A DNA stretch of 49,005 bases from Octopus bimaculoides (taxonomy: Eukaryota), in NCBI RefSeq assembly GCF_001194135.2, contig NC_068984.1, forward strand, positions 62,405,522 to 62,454,526, in the 5' to 3' direction. Each line of letters begins with the position of its first letter. Positions within the stretch are counted from its first letter, which is position 1. A program made the position numbers and the translations under genes. The notes below the pieces were generated by a model. The model saw only the letters and a list, made by a program, of their open reading frames with translations, had not been told where the DNA came from and did not search any database. Below are positions 45,923-49,005 of this stretch, in pieces.

Positions 45923-47849
45923 GAGGAGGAATGTGGCATATGAAATTATTAAAAGGGTCCTCCAAATGAAGGATAAGGGACTGAGAAATTTATTTCAAGG
46001 ATTATAGAGAGTGCAGCAACAACCATGGCAACTAATCCAGATTCAAATGCACCAGACTGGTTTTGGTGGAAACTAAGAAGCAGCCAGCAGGTTATGAAGA
46101 TTGCTAGCTGTTATGACAGTGAGTTAATGTGAACAAAGCATTTATCACTTTATCAAAATTAAGATTCCATGAATAATGTGTAAGAAAGATGAAGCTAACA
46201 GGTGAATGACATGAACATTGAAAATAGAAGGCACACATAATTAAAATTATAAACAAGGTGTATTGTATAAAAGCATAAAGCAAATAAGCAGATGTATAGA
46301 GCTAATTTGTGAAGGAGAGCAATTAGGCTGACATTGATATATGATGTGAATGATTATTGAGGACTTAAACATTTCTATTTGTCAGTCTTAAACCAAGATG
46401 GTTCTGTAACATTTGTGTAGATAATGTCCTTGAATTTCCTATCATTTTTGCTTCCATTTGCTGCATAGAGATTAACTCTCCTTTCAAACACCCCTTTGTT
46501 CTACCTTGAGATTTTGTCAGGAGGTATTTTCTTGTGAATGTTTTATTGTGTTTAGTTAGAAATTGTCACAGAAGCAACTTTGTTTTGCATTATGCAATTG
46601 ATAGTAAATTAAGTAATAGTAGACCAAGAGGGTTACAATGTAGACAATGGCACATGACCTGAATGCAGCCTGGTCCACTTAGACTGAAAGGAGTTGAAGG
46701 CTGAAAAACTTGCATGAAGTGGGGGATTCTTCTCTGAAGACCCTCAGCTGTTCAGCTCACCTTAGAATTTCTTACTGCCTATTGAAATCAGTTAAGTCAA
46801 GTATATTTCACCCCAATATATGATGACATTGTGAATATTCAAATATAATATATATTACAAGTGAACATATAAGTATTAAAGGCAAAAACTGCCAATGGAG
46901 AGGGTGTTATAAGTTGTGACTGAATGAGAATTGTTGATAACAAGGCAAAGGGAAGTGAATAGGGAACATATGAAATTCTTTTTAATCTGGTAATCAGATA
47001 TTTTATGATAACTAAAATTTATAAATAAGTCTTAATACTTAAAGGATTTCATTGTGCAATCTCAGCAGAAGTTAATTTAGAGTATGACTAATGATAATCA
47101 TTGAAGTGAATGAATATAGATGTGTTTGGATGGACATCAGTATCCGACTGCACTGCTGGTCTCAATGGCATTTTTGTGAGTGGCAAATCTCCACCTTCAT
47201 AGGACTGTGTCTGTTTAATCTGATCCAACCGAAAAGAATTCACTCATGAAGATCCCAACATTTTAAGAGTCTGTAGGCCTACATGAGGGTATGGTGTGAT
47301 ATGAGAGAGATTTGACAGTTATTTCGAGTAGGTCACTCAATCATCTAGTGGGGTGGTCTTCAATGGCTTGGCATAATATTGAGAATTTGTTCAATCATGA
47401 AATATGGGCAGTTAATATAGATTATGACTGTGATTGTACGGAGGGAACAAGATATGAATAGTGAAGTTATATAATAGGTTTAAGTACAGTTTTTCGGGCA
47501 CAAAGTTGACTTCATAATTTCATGGCTTTGGATTTCATCCTGTTACACAACAAAATAGGCAAAAAGTGTCTTCAACTAAAGCTTTCAGTTGATCAATGAA
47601 CTGTGAGTGGAATTTGGAAAATGAAAACTGTGAAAAAACCTATTATATATATGTGTGCGCATGTGTGAGTTTGCATGCATATTTACAAAGACCTCAAAAA
47701 GGTTCTCTGTAGTTGAAAAATTGGGACCTGAACCAGGCGATTTTGACATACAGAATCTGAAAATGACATCAATTTATTACCTTCCAATCAACATTTTAAG
47801 ACATGGATCCAAAGAATTTCATTGTTTATTTCAATAAAACAGTTTATGA

Positions 47850-48850
47850 GGAACAAGGCATAACTTATAAACATGCATAGAAATTGGTTTTTCTTCAAAA
47901 TTAGAACATTTTATTAAAATTCCACAGAAAAACTAGTAATAGTTTTAAAATGTCTACAGATGAATTACATCCTTGTTTATGTCTAATTCCCTCCAGATTT
48001 ACATTTGGATGATTTTCATGAACCTTGAACATCAGAATGATCACGATCCAAGTTTCAGCAATAGTCTTCCATCATAAAGAAGTCCTTTCTGTCTTGATAC
48101 CTTTGTTCCATTGATTCTAGGTCATGATGGAAACATTCTTCCTGCTTGTCATTTGTGTTACCAAGATTGTCAGGGAATTTATCAAAGTGACTGTAGGAGT
48201 AGTGCGGCTTTATACTCAAATTTGCTCCCAACTTTTTGGAAGTTCTCCATCATACTGTTGACTATTTTGGCATAATTGGCTGCTTTTTTGTTGCCCAGGA
48301 AGTCAGTTACAACTATTACAAATGAATTCCATACTGCTGGTTTAATGCAATTCATTGAATTTTTTAATTTGAGGCCCATCAAATACTCTAGTTTTTATCT
48401 TTTCACTGCTCAGATTAGGAAATGTGCTACAGATATAGTGAAAGCATGGTTACTTAGAGCTTAAACAAACTGCTCTTTACTAAGAGCTTAAACAAACTGC
48501 TTCATAATGTCAAGTTTGATACTGAGTGAATGTAGGATGTTTTTTCTCGGTTGAACTAAAAGCTTTTTGACCACATTAAAAAACCCTGAAAGTAATGTTT
48601 ACTGTGACCACCTGTGATCACCTGATGTTTTACCCTGTCTCTGCTGTCCCACAACCATAAAAAGCATGGATATTTGGTGCATCCACTATGTTGCCCCAAG
48701 GAAAAAAATTGACCATGCATGTCGCCCATTAATGATTGGTAGTGTTAGGCTATTTTGAAATCTAGACATGATGCTAAGAGATGGGTTCCAATTTTACATT
48801 CAGCATATCAACAAATCTCCCATCAATTGAGGAAAAAATGTCATGGAAAC
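47850..48850 (-). mobile_element. Chapaev3-like (CMC superfamily) transposase relic
   Basis: MVNFFLGQHSGCTKYPCFLWLWDSR, IKLDIMKQFV, WNSFVIVVTDFLGNKKAANY, HFDKFPDNLG..DKQEECFHHDLESMEQRYQ....MMEDYC. Family name assigned from recalled motifs. Confidence 0.75.
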
Positions 48851-48894
48851 AAAATATCTGCGAGTTTGTTATCCACAAATATATGTATGTATGT

Positions 48895-48903
48895 ATGCCT
48901 TCC

Positions 48904-48940
<37 letters not shown>

Positions 48941-49005
48941 GTCTTTCTGTATGTATGTATACATATATGTATGTATGTGCATATATATATATATATATAT
49001 ATATA
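48895..49005. repeat. (GTCT)n/(ATGT)n/(AT)n microsatellites
   Basis: Directly visible. Confidence 0.95.

Overview
Eukaryotic, visibly AT-rich, repeat-dense genomic DNA with many N gaps beside microsatellites. The repeat set (RTE LINE 3' ends with (GAT)n tails, bipartite tRNA-derived SINEs with internal microsatellites) looks like an octopus-type coleoid cephalopod genome. That assignment is inferred from recalled repeat families, not from a search. No intact protein-coding gene can be supported: nearly all listed ORFs are microsatellite or N artefacts, or pieces of decayed transposons. Recognisable content: two large RTE LINE remnants with a PHD finger embedded in ORF2, about 10 further RTE 3' ends, two other RTE-like remnants and a CR1-like remnant, an L1/Tx1-like ORF1 (CCHC knuckle) with no ORF2, and relics of mariner, maT/Tc1-like, hAT (Buster/Charlie-like) and Chapaev3-like transposases. 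There are also three MITEs (piggyBac-like, hAT-like, and one filled with telomere-like repeats), many SINEs, a tRNA-Cys pseudogene directly behind a perfect 29-bp hairpin, and a 163-bp tandem duplication. The most interesting signal is a set of Penelope-type minimal hammerhead ribozyme motifs: one near-intact and four decayed or atypical, three of them followed immediately by a short GT-AG intron. A promoter-like region near 37.8-38.5 kb and a few splice-bounded exon candidates hint at an unidentified host transcript. All calls were made by eye.
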